Origin: Amphiscolops sp. MND2022
Taxonomy: Eukaryota
Assembly (NCBI GenBank): GCA_964187785.1
Contig: OZ076409.1
Location: 38,752,001-38,816,000 of the forward strand
Reading direction: 5' to 3'
Length of the DNA stretch: 64,000 bases
Shown: positions 37,578 through 51,674 of the stretch, one piece after another
How positions within the stretch are numbered: the first letter of the stretch is position 1
Layout of the letters: every line of letters starts with the position of its first letter
The notes under the pieces: model-generated
The model's input: the letters and a program-made list of their open reading frames with translations, nothing else
Databases searched by the model: none
What the model was told of the DNA's origin: nothing
Program-made: the position numbers and the translations under genes

Positions 37578-38276
37578 AAATCTGATCAAAATTCAAGCAA
37601 ATTGAACGTACTCAGCTTGGCCGGTTTTTCATGCAGTTTTCGCTTTAAATTAGCAGTTTTCAAGCATGGCAAGCTACAAAAAATTTCAAATGATCGAAGA
37701 AGAATTTTGAAGGCCTCTAACAGCAATGAGGATTTCCTAATGGGTTTGAAATTAATTTTGAGGATTTCCCTAATGAAAGCAATTGTCGAAAACTCTGCCT
37801 TCGTGGCAACTCCCGACAAATTTGCAGCTTCGTACAATAACACATTGAGCTACATCTCCAGTGCCTCGCAAAGGAACCGATATATGACAAATATGAAAAT
37901 GTATCTATTCAAGTATGTTAATTTGCATGAAGTTTGTCGAATTTGGTTGAAGTTTTGATCAATTTAACTGAAGTTATAGATGTAGTTCAATTTGCTCGAA
38001 ATTGTGTCTAAATTGGTTGAAATTTTATCTAAATTGGATGAAAAAAGGAGTATTTTTCCCAGGGAGTATTAGCTATAAGCCAGTCTTTTTAATGTGCGCT
38101 TTTGTAAAATAGAAGAGCAGACATAGTGGCTAGTATTTTGTTATTTTTCTCTTCGCACCGCGCAACGTACATTTGATAGTTTCCTGTTATAGATTCATAA
38201 CGATCAGCTCAGTTTTTACGAGTGCGATGCTGAAGACTAGGAACCCTGCGATTTCGAATCCTGCGTTGGTCTTCAA

Positions 38277-38653
38277 TTTTTAGTCGGCGTTTTCGAAGAA
38301 AATCCCGACTCTTACAGTGGCTAGTTTTTTTTCGTCAGTTCAACGCGTAGCGTCCACTTTTTGTGCATTAATCCAATTAATGCACATTTACCAACTTTTA
38401 CCATATGTACTTAATACTTCATTTTCAACGCATCCAAAGCGTCTAACATGAGAAAAAGCGTCCCCCCTTTTACATTTTCGGCACTATGCGACTTACCGGA
38501 AACTTCGAAAAAAAATTTCAAAAAAAATTCGAAATTTTTTTCTCAATTTTTAGTTTTTTGAGAGCTTTTGTTGTCTCCAGTTGTAGAAAAAGTGGTTTTC
38601 GAGTCTTTTTGAGCCTTAGATATGGCGCCGACTTGGGCCGTTCCCGGCTTGTT
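38277..38653 (-). mobile_element. Short HINE copy
   Basis: TTTTAGTCGGCG at the left end; GGCGCCGACTTGGGCCGTTCCCGGCTTGTT at the right end; T-rich flanks. Confidence 0.78.
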
Positions 38654-41376
38654 TTTGTTTGCAAAACGTACCATCTTGAGATCTTCAGCTCTGTGCAATT
38701 TTTCGCAAAAGGTTTTTCCTCACCGAAGCATCCCATCCCGTTTCCACTCAAGAGAAGATGTTTATTTTGAGCGTAGTGGGTTGACCGTTTGAAAATTTTG
38801 GAATTGTGCAATATTTTTCAACAGTTTTTTCCCGAAGTTTGTTTTTTTTTAAATGTTTTGAGTTAAGATGAAAAACAGTTTCCCAGTCTCAAAATTAACC
38901 TCTACGGTTACTTTTTGGAATTGTGAGACTGAATAAAGTTTTTTATTATTATTTGTCCTGCAGCATATTCGAAAGACTTGCTCTGTTTTGAGCACTTAGA
39001 ACCTTTTAATCAAGTGGACTAGATCTGCGTCTTTCATTTCAAATCATCGTGAAGTCTCAAAACGTCTATTAGCGTTCGAAAGAAAACAAAGTTTTGAGGG
39101 AGAAAAAGTTTCTGAAAGCATCCTTCAGCGCCAACAAATCTTTAGGATAGCCATCAATTGCTGGGACAAGCAGTCAAATCCTTCGGCAAACAATCAATTC
39201 CTTTGACAAGCAATCAATTCTCAATGAACACTTTTCCTTCTGGTGATCTTTCGCGCTGCATTGTGACATGGAAGGCGCACCTCGCCCTTTTTTATTGTGG
39301 GCCATTCAAAATTTAGCTAGAAAACGTTTTTTTCTGACATTTTTGCCAAAAACATCATAACCAGATACGTTACTTCAGACAAATTTCTGCAGCAAATTTT
39401 CCTATCAGCCGAGTTCAGGCGTTGTCTGTTATTACCAGCTTCTGTATAAAACCCTATTAAGTTTTTCGTTGATGGAAGTATTTCAGGTCCGACTGCTATA
39501 GGTCAGATCAGAGCTTTTAACGTGACTTCTCAAAAGTTATTTATATCAAGTTCAAGTTTACCAAACCGGGAACGCCTCCCGTAAAGACTCACTCGCAAAT
39601 GTTTATCAAATTTACAGTGACAAAAAATGCCCGATGGATATCCAAAAGACTGGAATACACCTTTTCCCTATCTCGGAACATCAAAAAAAAACAAAGTTTT
39701 GAAAGAAAAAAAAGGAAAGGCCTTTCGGGGAAAGTCTCATAGCCCCAAAAAATCCAGAAGATTCATTATATTTGCAACACCTTTTTCCGAGCCAAAAACT
39801 TTTTGAAATGTGAAGGGAGTACCATACTACCAAAAAGAACTGTTTCGAAAAACCGCAGGACCTAAAAAAATCAGAGGTTACCCTTAAACCTGGGAAAACG
39901 GTTTTCCTCAACAGAAAACCACTAAAAGGACAAAAATTCGGGGAAAATTTTTCAATTTTTGCTTGCAAAATGTTCAGATATAGCAAGTATAGAAATTTAG
40001 TATAGACTTATTATTAGTGCAGACGAATTTAATTTGTTACTTCGCGTCTCTTAGAAAAAGCCACTGCTATAGTTCTTTTCTTCGAAACGAGCCTCTTAAA
40101 ATGGAAAAAAGGTAGTTTCCAATATTTAAAGGTTTCTTTCGTCAGGGCAAGACTAGCCTAGGTTTCGAAAAATTGCTACTGGTACACTGTAGGCTACCAA
40201 AAGGTCACGCACAGCTATTTCTTTCCGATTAAACCAGTAAACACGAAACGCCACGGTTATAGTTCATTCGGAAAAAGTTTCTGAACAGATCAGTCGAATT
40301 GAAACAATTATTTGTGGTCATAGACGTTTCAGAAACTTTAGACATTCAAATTTCCCATCGCTGATGCTCTTGGTGGACCCTATTTGTACTGGCTTCCAAA
40401 AATTAAATAGGCACCCAATTTTACGTTTATTTTCAAGTTTAGCAGAAACTCTTCAGAGGTTAGTTTTGAGTTTTCCGAAATTAATCAGCCCTGTCCGACA
40501 ACCTTGTCAGAATCAACTTACATGTCCTATTTTTGTAACAAGAGCAGCTGAAAATATTTCGAACATAATTTGCTGAGGTTATTTTGCAACGGCGACAAAC
40601 TTGATGATCTAAACTGTCAGTTAATACTCTTGGTTTTCGAGTGTTTGAAGGTAAAAAAGTCAATAAAAATGTTTCCGCATTGTATTTGAGTCTGAAAAAA
40701 AATAATTGCGGGCGTTATTTAAACTATCAAATTCAAATTTTGCCTGTAAAAGACAAAAAAATGCTTTGAAACACGTACGTTATATCCGGACAATTAGTTG
40801 TTGTTTTCTTATGAGATAATTAAAATTAAAATTGGTTCTGTTTTTTCAACCGTTTGAGCATGAAACTGCTAGAAATCGGGAAGTACTTGTCATTTGGCCC
40901 AGTGGTTACCGCTAGATCCTGACGTGGCTCGCGGTGAGAAGTAGTATAACTGTAGTTTCGGGTTATCCCAAGATCTGAGGTGCATTCAGGGGTATAAGAG
41001 GGCCCCATTTCAAACTTGTTCAGGTTCTAGTTTCCAGAAGTCGTTCAGCAAAACTTTAAACGAAAATGGAAACAACAAATTGTGTTTTAATTATCCAGAT
41101 CTCATTAGCATCATTCATATCACAGCTCTATTCGAAGTTCGACTTCGAACTCTTGCTGAAATGTTAGTTTTTACAAAAATTTTTATGAAGTTTACCATGT
41201 ATGTGAAAGTACATTACATTACTCTCAGCTCTCTTCAATCACAATGTATGATGTGTTATAAACTGTAGTTTTGACCAAATTATGTAATATGTAACCAAAT
41301 CAAAAACGTAATACGTATTTTATCTAATACTATTTTGTTTTGCAAAACCACGCGTTGGCTCAAAGTGCAATAAAAC

Positions 41377-44300
41377 ATGTCTTTAACAGGAGAACAGAGA
41401 GACTTTCTGCTTAAAAATACTGTTTTCAATGACGCTCAAATTAACCACTTGATTAAGCGTTTCAAGGCTCTCCTACCCCGGGGACATGCAAACAGAGGCG
41501 GAGCGGAAGATTCAGAGTATAGCGAGGAAATAGCGCGTGAACAATTGACTTTTGTGCCCGAATTCACCAGTAATCCATTTATAGAAGCAGCCGGTCGTCT
41601 CTACTCCAGAGGTTAGCCTCCAATTATCCTGATTTTCCCGCAATTCGAAGGTCAGCCGGGAATATGTACTTTTTGGAACGCCCAAAGGGGCTTTGAGTGA
41701 GCGAGAAATGATGATTATAATTGTCAAACAGCTTTTCTAAAGCTGGAGTTCAGATACACTTTTCAGAATCAAGTATGGCTGATTTGACAAAGGAAATATT
41801 TCAAAGGGCCCAGTTTGACACTCTTACTAGCATCTTGGCTGCCATGGCAAAGTCTTGCAAAATTCTTACTACATCTTGGCGGCCATGAAACCCATGACAA
41901 GATTCTTAAGATTTTTCGTACCATCTTGGCCTTCTTGGTAAGATTTTTATCGGAAGCATGCCTGTCTTGGTAAGATCTTACCATGGCAAAATATATACCA
42001 TGTCAATATCTTAGCAAGGTCTTAGCCAAGATTGTTTCGAGATCTTGCGAAGATCTTACTAAAATAACCCGGGGCGTTAATGTTAATATGATTAAGCGGC
42101 GTATCACGGAAGTATCAACAGTAGAAGTTTTTCAATTTCTGTTAAGATTGCAGAGATATCCTCTGAATTGATACTGAATTAAAATCCAAAGCAGCTTCTG
42201 TACGTTTGGACTTTTCCAACGAATGAAGAGACAGACAACGTGAGAGAAGAATTTTTACACAGCAAGGTTTCATTTTTATTAGGAACGTTCCCAACATGAT
42301 ATCATGCAGCTAACACGCGGTTAATTTGACAAACATCAAATATTAATTACGGAAAATTAAAAAAAGTGAGGCCGGCAGATTTTTTTGCAGAACTTTCAAA
42401 GTAAGGGGAATAAAAGGTTCCAGTGTCTTTGAAAAAGCAATGGTCCTTCACATTTTTGTCACATAATCAATGTTATATGTACGTACACACTCCATGATAA
42501 CGCGTTTCATATTTTCGCCAATTTTTCCTGAAAAATGTTCATACAGTTATCTTACTATTTAAAAATAAAACGGAAGACAGAAGAAAAATAATGACGAAAC
42601 AGCTTCAAGCCGCTATTAAATCAAACGCACCAACAGAAATGGCACTTACATTGACTTGTTAGAAAAATGATTGAAAAGTCACGCATTGAGAACAAAAAAG
42701 AAACGGCGACAGGCAATTGCTTTGATCATCATTGAACTAACATTATTTTTTGTTGAAATTTCTTTGCTGCCTGAAATCAACGTAGGATGGATGTATTTTG
42801 TCTTTTCTTTTTGATATTCTAACCTTTCAGAAGTCACAATTTAAGAAACCGAAACTGAAGTAGTAGTAGTAGTTCAAACCCTTTTTAATAGAAAGCGAAA
42901 ACAGGATCGACCATTGCCATTTTTAGTCACAAGGACGCGAGGCGGGGTTTTAGGCTCATTTTAGTCTAAGAACTGCAGGCTGTTGTTTGCTTCACGATTT
43001 TTAACACAGAATTTAGAATTAGCAAAATATTCTTTTTCCAGGCTTTTAAAAACTACCTTTGAAGAAATCAAGGACAGCATGTAAACTGTCAAAATTTAAA
43101 CTTTTGCTAATTTGCTTGTTATTACTTACAGCGGCGTTCTAAAATATAGAAAACTCCGTTGCTCAAAATAGCAAATTTCGAATCCAAATATCGTAAAAAC
43201 TGTTATGAATACGAAAAACTGCAAGCTGGAAAAGTGTCTTAGGACTTTTTGTAGTTTTCAGAAAATTTTGAATTTTCCGTGACGAAAACTACAAATGTTA
43301 CAAATTGTAAGTTTTGACGAAATTTCATCAAATTTCTACTTTTCGTCAATTTACACAAAATTGAAAACATGTCTTCGAAAAGTTTTCAGTCAATCATTTG
43401 CCCCAAATCTCCTCGAGGATGTTGATTTCAAAAGAACTTGATCAATTTTCTAAAAAGCCTATCTTAATACATTTATTGCAGTGCTCATAGACACAAAACA
43501 CTGCATTTTTCCTATTCAAAATAAACTCTCAATCAGTACAGTACAGTAGGTTTGAGTGATTACAAGTATCCGAATCAACGAAATTTTAAGATTTAGGCCT
43601 CTTAGTTGTCGAAACAACTCAATTTTCAATCAAAAATTTTTAGAAATTGCAAGTTCCAACTTTCTCAGAATGGGTTGTAAAAATTTCAAACAAACATTTT
43701 TGCAAACGATATTAAATTCTGGGAAACTTTTGTTGTTGACAATTTTTTTTGTATTTGAGACAGTTTGCGAGAGATATTTGGTTTTGATTTTCGTCGTTTT
43801 GAGTAATGGAGTTGCGATATTTGAGAACGCTACTGTACACTAAATAGCGTTCTAAAACGTGGCAAGTTCAATATTTGAAATGACAAATTCAAAAGAAAAT
43901 ATCTCGTTAACTGTAACAAATAACAAAACGGTCAGCTAAAGACGTTTCTTAGAATTTAATATCGTTTGCAAAAATGTTTGTTTGAAATTTCTACAACCCA
44001 TAATGAGAAAGTTGGAAGTTGCAATTTTTAAAAATTTTTCATTGAAAATTGAGTTGTTTCGACAACTAAGAGGCCTAAATCTTGATATTTCGTTCATTCG
44101 GATACTTGTAATCACTCAAACCTACTGTACTGTACTGATTGAGAATTTATTTTGAATAGGAAAAAAGCACTGTTTTGTGTCTATGAGCACTGCAATAAAT
44201 GTATAAAATAGGCTTCAAAAATTTTAATTAGAAAATTGATCATTTTCATTTGAAATCAGCACCCTCGGGGAGATTTCAGGGCAAATGGTTGACAAAAAAT

Positions 44301-44990
44301 TTTGAAAAATATTTCTTTAAACTTTGTGAAATTGCTCAATTTTCGTCAGTATTCACGATTTCTAACTTGGGTAAATTTTGTCGCGGAAAATTCAAATCTT
44401 TTCGAAAACTACAAAAAATATAACTAAGAAACTTTCTCAGCTGACAATTCTTCGTACTCATGACAATTAATTCTTCGTACTCATGACAATTTTCAAGATA
44501 TTTGGATTTGAATATTGCAATTTTAGGCAATGGAGTTGCAATATTTTAGAACTACCGATGGACGGTTTAGTGCATGTGATGGTGGTATAGTTATTAAGTC
44601 AGTTAAAAGTAGAACTAGCTCAAAGAACCGTCTTAGTATAGAATAAACTTTGATAGTTAATCTGGTCCCTAATTGTTAATGGTGAATTTATAGGGTCATT
44701 TCTTGCTGTCAGATTTGACAGAGAACCTTTCAAAACATCGCATTAATGGTATTTTAGAAGAGAACTCGAGCAGATCGAGATGTATAACAAAAAAGTTTTG
44801 ATTTCTTTAGATGATTCAGGAATTGACGCCATCGAATTCATCAAACTGTGCAACATGTTTTCGCCCAAAGTGCCCTCAGAGAACAAAAGAAGGTTCTTGT
44901 TCCGCATGTTGGACATAGATTTCAATGACTACATAGACTATGACGACCTCTTCAGATTCTACAAAATGGTTTTTGGACCCGGCATACCAG
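41377..44990 (+). CDS. Calcineurin-B / CHP / CIB-like EF-hand protein, exons 1-2 (41377-41611, 44811-44990); 3' exon(s) not identified
   Basis: Exon 1 MSLTGEQRDFLLKNTVFNDAQINHLIKRFKAL..VPEFTSNPF (family motif F..EI..L..RF..L / PEL..NPF) with donor GTTAGC. Exon 2 follows TTTCTTTAG and is phase-1 matched: IDAIEFIKLCNMFSPKVPSENKRRFLFRMLDIDFNDYIDYDDL..MVFG (EF-hand loop); donor GTGAAA. Confidence 0.85.
41810..42075. repeat. Small MITE-like repeat built from CCATGGCAAG/ATCTTGG motifs
   Basis: Repeated CATCTTGGC, CCATGGCAA, AAGATCTT; CCC..GGG-like ends. Confidence 0.5.
43133..44553. mobile_element. ~1.4-kb foldback: two inverted copies of a ~700-bp TIR element in the EF-hand gene intron
   Basis: 43458-43720 is nearly the exact reverse complement of ~43950-44213; each half has its own termini (GCGTTCTAAAAT..AACTCC / GGAGTTGC.ATATTT.AGAAC). 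Confidence 0.85.
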
Positions 44991-45403
44991 GTGAAAAAAT
45001 ATATATTCATTGGAATACCTCAATAATGAAATTATTCTTATCATTTCATAGTTTCAGAAATTAAACGAATATATGTTTCTTTTCAAATTTGTCGATATGG
45101 CTTTGTTGATGAAAATTAGTGAAAATGTTGCCAATATCAGCAGTTCGTGGGATATTTCTGTTGGGATATGATTGAAGGTTCTAACCTTGTCCGTGGATTT
45201 TTGTCCGTTGTTCTTCAGACCATTGTGAGATTTGGTCACGGAGGTTTCGTCATTGTTACATGGAGATAAAATCAATATACTTTGACATGAACTCTATTCT
45301 CATTTTTAGTTATCAATTTATAATCTTTTGCAGAAGAAAAATTCAAGTTCAACTTTTGAAAGTAAAATGAAATTGAATGCTCCGCCGTTTCAACTGGTTA
45401 TTA

Positions 45404-45986
45404 AACAAGCCGGGACCGGCCCAAGTCGGCGCCATATGTCAAGTATTCTCTTTTACAGTACTCGAAAATCGAAAATTTTTCGAAAAAAAATGGACCGAGT
45501 GGCGCGCTAAAGTCTCACAATGCCGAAAAACTGAAAGGGGGGACCCTTTGAGGTTTTTCAACATCCATTCTGTCGCAAAACATGAAAAAATTGAAGAAAA
45601 CAAAAATTTTGATTTTCGGAAAAAAATCTCAGTGCCGAAAAAAAACTGAAAGGGGGGACCCTTTGGGATTTTCCAACATCCATTCTGTCGCAAAACAGCA
45701 AAAAAATTGAAGGGGGGACCCTTTGGGGAAAAAATTTCCGGAAAAAAAGTCTCGCAGTGCCGAAAAAAATTGGAAGGGGGACCCTTTGGTCTCCCCGGGT
45801 GTGGTATGGTACGCGGGAAAACAGGAAAAACCTTTTTGGTTCAGTTCGCTAGACCAAATAGTGCAATTTGGTGCAATAATATTTTGTAGAACTTTTAAGA
45901 ACTATTTTGGCCAGTTCGTGTGGATTGAAAAAAAAGAAAAGCCACTATAATAGTCGCGTTTCACTTCATGAAGCGCCGACTAAAAA
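45404..45986 (+). mobile_element. HINE copy
   Basis: Same termini and central repeats as 28258-29008. Confidence 0.82.
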
Positions 45987-48439
45987 TCACGGGAAGAGTT
46001 TTTTTATGTAGGGTACCCATCTTGAAAGTTTTATCTAAGGCACTGTCAGTGAGTTCCATTTTAACCAGTGGCCTCGCCATCAGTTACACAATTCGGTTAG
46101 AAAACGAGTTTTATTAAGCAATTTATAAGTTGCTTGAATTATAAGGCAATCGATTTAAGCGATCCCATCAAATTAGACTCAAATTTACCTGATTATCAAA
46201 GTGCTATGAATTGGCATTATTCCAGATCTTTCAGGAGTTGTTTTTTATATTTGTTACAAAATTTTTCCTCAAATTTCAATTTTTCCTTCACAACGCCATT
46301 TGTTGGACACATTCTCTAATTCCGGACTACCCGCCTTGGGAGTTTTCAGGAACATCGAGCGTTTAAATATTTTAAATAATCAGTTGAATTCATTTTTCTC
46401 CAAAAATTGGGTTCAGCCGATATGGTTAAAATGTTTGAATCAGTTTTTGGTTTAAAAATGGGTAAAATTTCATTTACTGGACATCACTGGTCACGGTATT
46501 GGATTGTTTCCAAAAGTTTCACTGTTAAAAAAGTTTTTCGTGCCCTACTTCATTTCTGATTCATAATAACATTCTTAGTTCATGGTCATCCTTGCAAACC
46601 CTTCAAAAACATTTCATCGGCTCTTTAAAAGTATAATAAATCTCCATTTGCTATTAGAAATATTTACAACCATGTTTTCTATCTAAATCAATGGTGCGCA
46701 CTATAAAACACCTATGAAAATGTTCGAATAATTTGAATGTTTCATGAGAAGGAGACTGTTTGTCCACAACGAGGCCGGTTTGTCTAACTTCTTGATTTTT
46801 TAGACCAGCGGCTGATCGAAATGACCCAATTTGTGTTGGCACGGAAAGACCTTTCTTTTCCCGGAAAAATCTCATATCCTGATTTCTGTGATTTGGTGTC
46901 TTTGGAAGAAGCTCACCTGAGACTGACTGCAGTCATTCAGTTTCCACGAGAACGGAAGAATTGAAAATAGTATATTTAGTATGATTTTATTTCAGTTTAT
47001 TTTTGAAAAGTTATTTGAAGATGCAATTAATTGTCATGATTGACGCCGCGAGAAAAAATTATGGGGAGTGTTTTAGAAATAAAGTTGTTTTCCATTTGAT
47101 ATTTTGAATGTTACAAAAATTGAACAGTTTTATGTGGTTCCGTACTAAAATAATAATGACTCGCTCTTAATCTCACCATGTTCCACGTTTGAACCACGGA
47201 GATAGCATCCGTAGACTTTGCGTGACCAAATGTTGATCATTGGTGGAAACATTATAGTTCGTATTATTTGTGCTACTTACACAGACTTTGAAAATGCAGG
47301 AATTAGACTTTAATCTATGTTACCCTCCCGGCACTAGCATGCAGACTCTAGTAAGATCGTAGCATGATTGTTTCTAGCATGGACATCATGCTACGATTCG
47401 TAATTACCTAATATCCCTTGTTGAACTTGCTTGAACTTTTTATATGTTCTTTAAAGTTGCCAGCAACTTTTTCAATGATTTTCTAAATCTCTTACGGAAA
47501 CTTCAATGCGTTATTATTTCCCTGTTGTCAACAACTTTTATCAAGCTGCTTCAAAGAATCATCAAAGTTTTGGCGGCAATTTCAAGCAGTGAAGTTCTGC
47601 GAGTTTCATCATGCATCAGTTCTAATTTTAAATGCATCTGAGACGTTCACAATTTTGCCGCCATTTCAATGCAATTTAATTTCATTCACAATGTAAACAG
47701 CAAACTAGCGTCATCTTCAGCGTCTTATTTGAGAAGCGGTGGTTAAATCAGATGAGTAGTTGAGAAATTAATGTGTGAATAAAACGTGCTCATGTCCATA
47801 AAGAAAGAACATATGTTAATTGTTTTTCGTTTTCTGCAGAATTTAATTTTTTCTACCACTTTCTGCCAATAGCTACTAGATACTGGTAAAGGTCATTTTC
47901 ACTTAGCGTAAATATTAACGCGGGTTTATCTACATAATGATGGGGTCTGGGAGACAGAAGAGTGTTTTTTGAACCGCTCTTTTGTAAACCTATATTCATA
48001 CAAACATGATCTAGTTTTTATAAATGATTTGATTACAAATGATACTGCTCCTTTCTGAAGTAATGATATAAATTTGTCATGAAATTGCAATGAATTGTCA
48101 ATTGACAATTAATGGATTGCTACGTGCATTGTAGAAAATGTATACCAACTCGTCATTTGTTTCGTATAACGACTTTATATGATACCAATTGTCCTACGAC
48201 TATGTTTTATACCTTAAAATTTGGTCTGATTGTGGCCTGGTTATATTACGATCGCACTACTGCATGCATAGCCGCCAACCTGGGGGTTCGTTGGAGATCA
48301 AGTTCGACAAAAACACGACTGAACCGTCTAAAATCGGAGCCCAGTCAAACTTTTGATTAAAAAACGCTTTCATTTTTGCATAAGGATAACTTCCTCGAAA
48401 TTCTGAGAAATCCCACTGTCGTGAGTACTATCTGCATTC

Positions 48440-49460
48440 TCGTCATGAAGACGGTTACGGAAAGGCTCACTCCGAACTGCGTCTGGTTTTCAGGTTAGAG
48501 TTATCTTCGGTAATACGTTCCGGTCTCTCAACCGAGACGTTCCCTCCTTTCTGTGTCACTGTTCCTGAACCGGCCCTTAGGGCATTTTGGATTTGGGGCA
48601 AAACTTGATTATTGATTGCATCAATAATAGCCCTCTGAATTTGAACGCTGACACTGTTCATAATCTCGTCCATCTCCCTTGAGATTCTCAAGTTAAGTTC
48701 ACCTGATAATCTATTAAATCAGCACTAGAGTCAGTACCAGCTGAATTATGGCCGTAATTGGCGCTGTTACTTGATCTATTCTCCCTAGAATTGGGGTAGC
48801 TGTCTTCATTATCTTCTAGCGTCTTGTAATTCGGACTATCCGGTCTCCTAATGGAGTCGCTAAACTTACTTTCACCCCTTTCTAGGTTATTGCCTCCTAA
48901 CAAAATTGCCTCTAGATATTCTATGTCAGATAGCATGTCTAATCCTCTAGACTTTCTAGTTTACTTCTGTTTTTTAGTGGTAGGCATCAAGAAATCCAGA
49001 TTCACATTTTTTACATTGCTGAATATACGAACATAGCATACCAATTGCATTACAAATTCCATAAAGGGCACATGACTAGGGTGGATGTCCGCTTTTATCA
49101 CTGCACTTTTAGCGGTATCAACATTATCAAAGCACTTCAGGAGTTTGCCCTATTAGGGTTAAGGGGGAATGATTGTCTAAATATGAATGGCAACAAGTAA
49201 CTATGTAAACAACAGCACAGTGGTTTTGAATATATGCATCAACAATTCTAGTCAAGCACTCAAGTACGTAAACAAATATATATCCGGTTAAATATTGTAT
49301 CAATTTTCATGCTTCAACCTTTATGACGAAGTGGCCAAAATGGGACGTTCGTCCAAGAGCGGGCATATCTTTCATCACATTCGGTCTAAGAACTGGCACA
49401 TAAGACATTGCATCTCCAATCAACAAATCATTACTTGACAGTACTTAATAACGTCACAAC
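48440..49460 (-). mobile_element. Probable 5' remnant of another LTR element (LTR piece, PBS-like TGG site, decayed ORF)
   Basis: Minus strand TGTTGTGACG..CGTCCCA-TTT-TGGCCACTTCG, then a broken ORF (MPTTKKQK.., LSDIEYL.., RISREMDEIMNSVSVQIQRAIIDAINNQVLPQIQNAL). No catalytic motif is visible. Confidence 0.4.
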
Positions 49461-49501
49461 ATGAAAGAAAGCAGTTTAGGTACTATTTAGGCTGGCCTGT
49501 A

Positions 49502-50152
49502 TTTTTAGTCGGCGCTTCATGAAGTGAAACGCGACTATTATAGTGACTTTTCTTTTTTTTTTTTCAATCCACACGAACTGACCAAAATAGTTCTTAAAAG
49601 TTCTACAAAATATTATTGGTCCAAAATGCACTATTTGGTCTAGCGAACTGAACCAAAAAGGTTTTTCCTGTTTTTCCGCGTAACAAACCATACCGGGCGA
49701 GACCAAAGACTCCCCCCTTTCATTTTTTTCGGCACTGCGAGACTTTTTTTCCGAAAAAAATTTTTTCCCCAAAGGGTCCCCCTGCATTTTTTTGATGTTT
49801 TGCGACAGAATGGATGTTGAAAAATCCCAAAGGGTCCCCCCTTTCAGTTTTTTTCGGCATTGTGAGATTTTTTCCCGAAAATGAAAATTTTTGTTTTCTT
49901 CAATTTTTTCATGTTTTGCGACAGAATGGATGTTGAAAAACCTCAAAGGGTCCTCCCTTTCAGTTTTTCGGCATTGTGAGACTTTAGCGCGCCACTCGGT
50001 CCATTTTTTTTGAGTATGTAATTTTTTCGAAAAATTTTTTTTCAAAAAGTTTCGATTTTCGAGTACTGTAAAAGAGTACTTGACACTTGGAAGTCGTTTT
50101 GCTATTTTTGAGCCTTGGATATGGTGCCGACTTGGGCCGGTCCCGGCTTGTT
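49502..50152 (-). mobile_element. HINE copy
   Basis: Reverse complement of the 28258-29008 family with both termini. Confidence 0.82.
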
Positions 50153-50690
50153 AATAGTAATATTAGCACACTGCAAAGAATAAGTAACCGGGATCGGCCA
50201 TTTGACTGGTGTTATAATACTCGTTAGCTTCGCTTGGTCAATTAGCCGTAGTCGGCTCGTATAAATAATTGTTATCTAATAGTTTATAGATAACGTAGAA
50301 TAACTTCAAAACAGGACTACTAGCAGTGCACTGTGATTGGTTGAATTACCTTTGGTAAGCAACGTTGCCGAGAAAAGTCGTTTCCGCACTTGGACTCGTT
50401 TCCTTTCCGCTGCTTAGTACATTTCCTTCAGCATATTTGTCAACTGTACAAAATCTTTACAACAAATTGATCATCCATCAACGGTTAACAGATTAATAAA
50501 ATAACTACAGCAACAGAGTTTGCAAAATAACAGCTAATATATTGATTAGGTAGAAGTGTTTATTAGTTTGTTGTATTCTAATAAATGGGAAGGGTTCCGG
50601 GCGCTATCTGCTGACCGTCTGTGGTCGTAGTTGTTCTTGTACCATCACAGGCGGCAGCCTGCGATTCTCACAGTGCGAAACTTAGGAGTA

Positions 50691-51674
50691 GTGAGCATTC
50701 GAGAACGACAAACATTTGAAAAGTTGAAACGTCAAAAAACGCAAAATAATGTTTTTTTTTCAAAAAGTCTCACTGTGCTGTAAAGTGCATTAGTTGGGAC
50801 CCATTAGGCCTGAAAATTGTTTTTTTTTAAAACTGAAACAAACAAAGAATATCGGTCATTTAAGAAAATCCACTGTATTAGTATTGGACAGTTCCTACAA
50901 AATGCCCTCACTAAAACCAACTGGCCCTGAAAGAGGCTAAAATCTGGGCAAGTTTTATCTCCAGATGATAGTTAGACACTAAAATAGAAAATTCTCATCT
51001 ATCCAGCGTCTCCAAGAAAGGCCACGCCTGGAAAAGTTTTTAATGCTAGCCGTTTCAATAAGACAACTCAGTGAATCCAATACAACTTTGGAAAAAAACT
51101 GTTATCAGTGTGGAAAACTGATGTTTTCTAAAATTAAATACTGAAAATTACTTTTTTTAGCATTTTGAGTCGGCGCTCCATGAAGTGAGCATTCGAGAAC
51201 GAAAAACATTTTAAAAGTTGAAACGTCAAAAATTGCAAAATAGTGGGTTTTTTTTCAAACAGTCTCAACGAGCCGTAAAGTGCATTAGTTGGCTCGAAAA
51301 GTGTTTTTTTTTACTGAAACAAACAAAAAATATAGGTCATTTAAGAAAATCCACTGTAATAGTATAGGACAGTTCTTACAAAATGCGCTCACTAGAACCA
51401 ACTGGCCCTGAAATATGCTATTATCTGGCAAGTTTTATCTCCAGATGATAGTTAGACACTAAAATACTAAAATACAAAATTCTCATCTTTCCAGCGTCTC
51501 CAAGAAAGGCCATGCCTGTAAAAGTTTTTGATGCTACCCGATTCAATAAGACAACTCAGTGAATCCAATAAAACTTTGAAAAAAACTGTTATCGGTGTGG
51601 AAAACTGATATTTTCTGAAATTAAATACTGAAATTTATTTTTCAAAGCATTTTTAGTCGGCGCTCCATGACGTG
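50691..51674 (+). repeat. Tandem duplication of a ~494-bp unit
   Basis: GTGAGCATTCGAGAACGA.AAACATTT.AAAAGTTGAAACG at 50691 and 51185; both units end in AGTCGGCGCTCCATGA. Confidence 0.92.

Noticed and set aside
38200..38270. Second tRNA-like segment (..TTCGAATCCTGCG..)
   Set aside because: Only a B-box-like motif; the cloverleaf does not form. At most a decayed SINE head.
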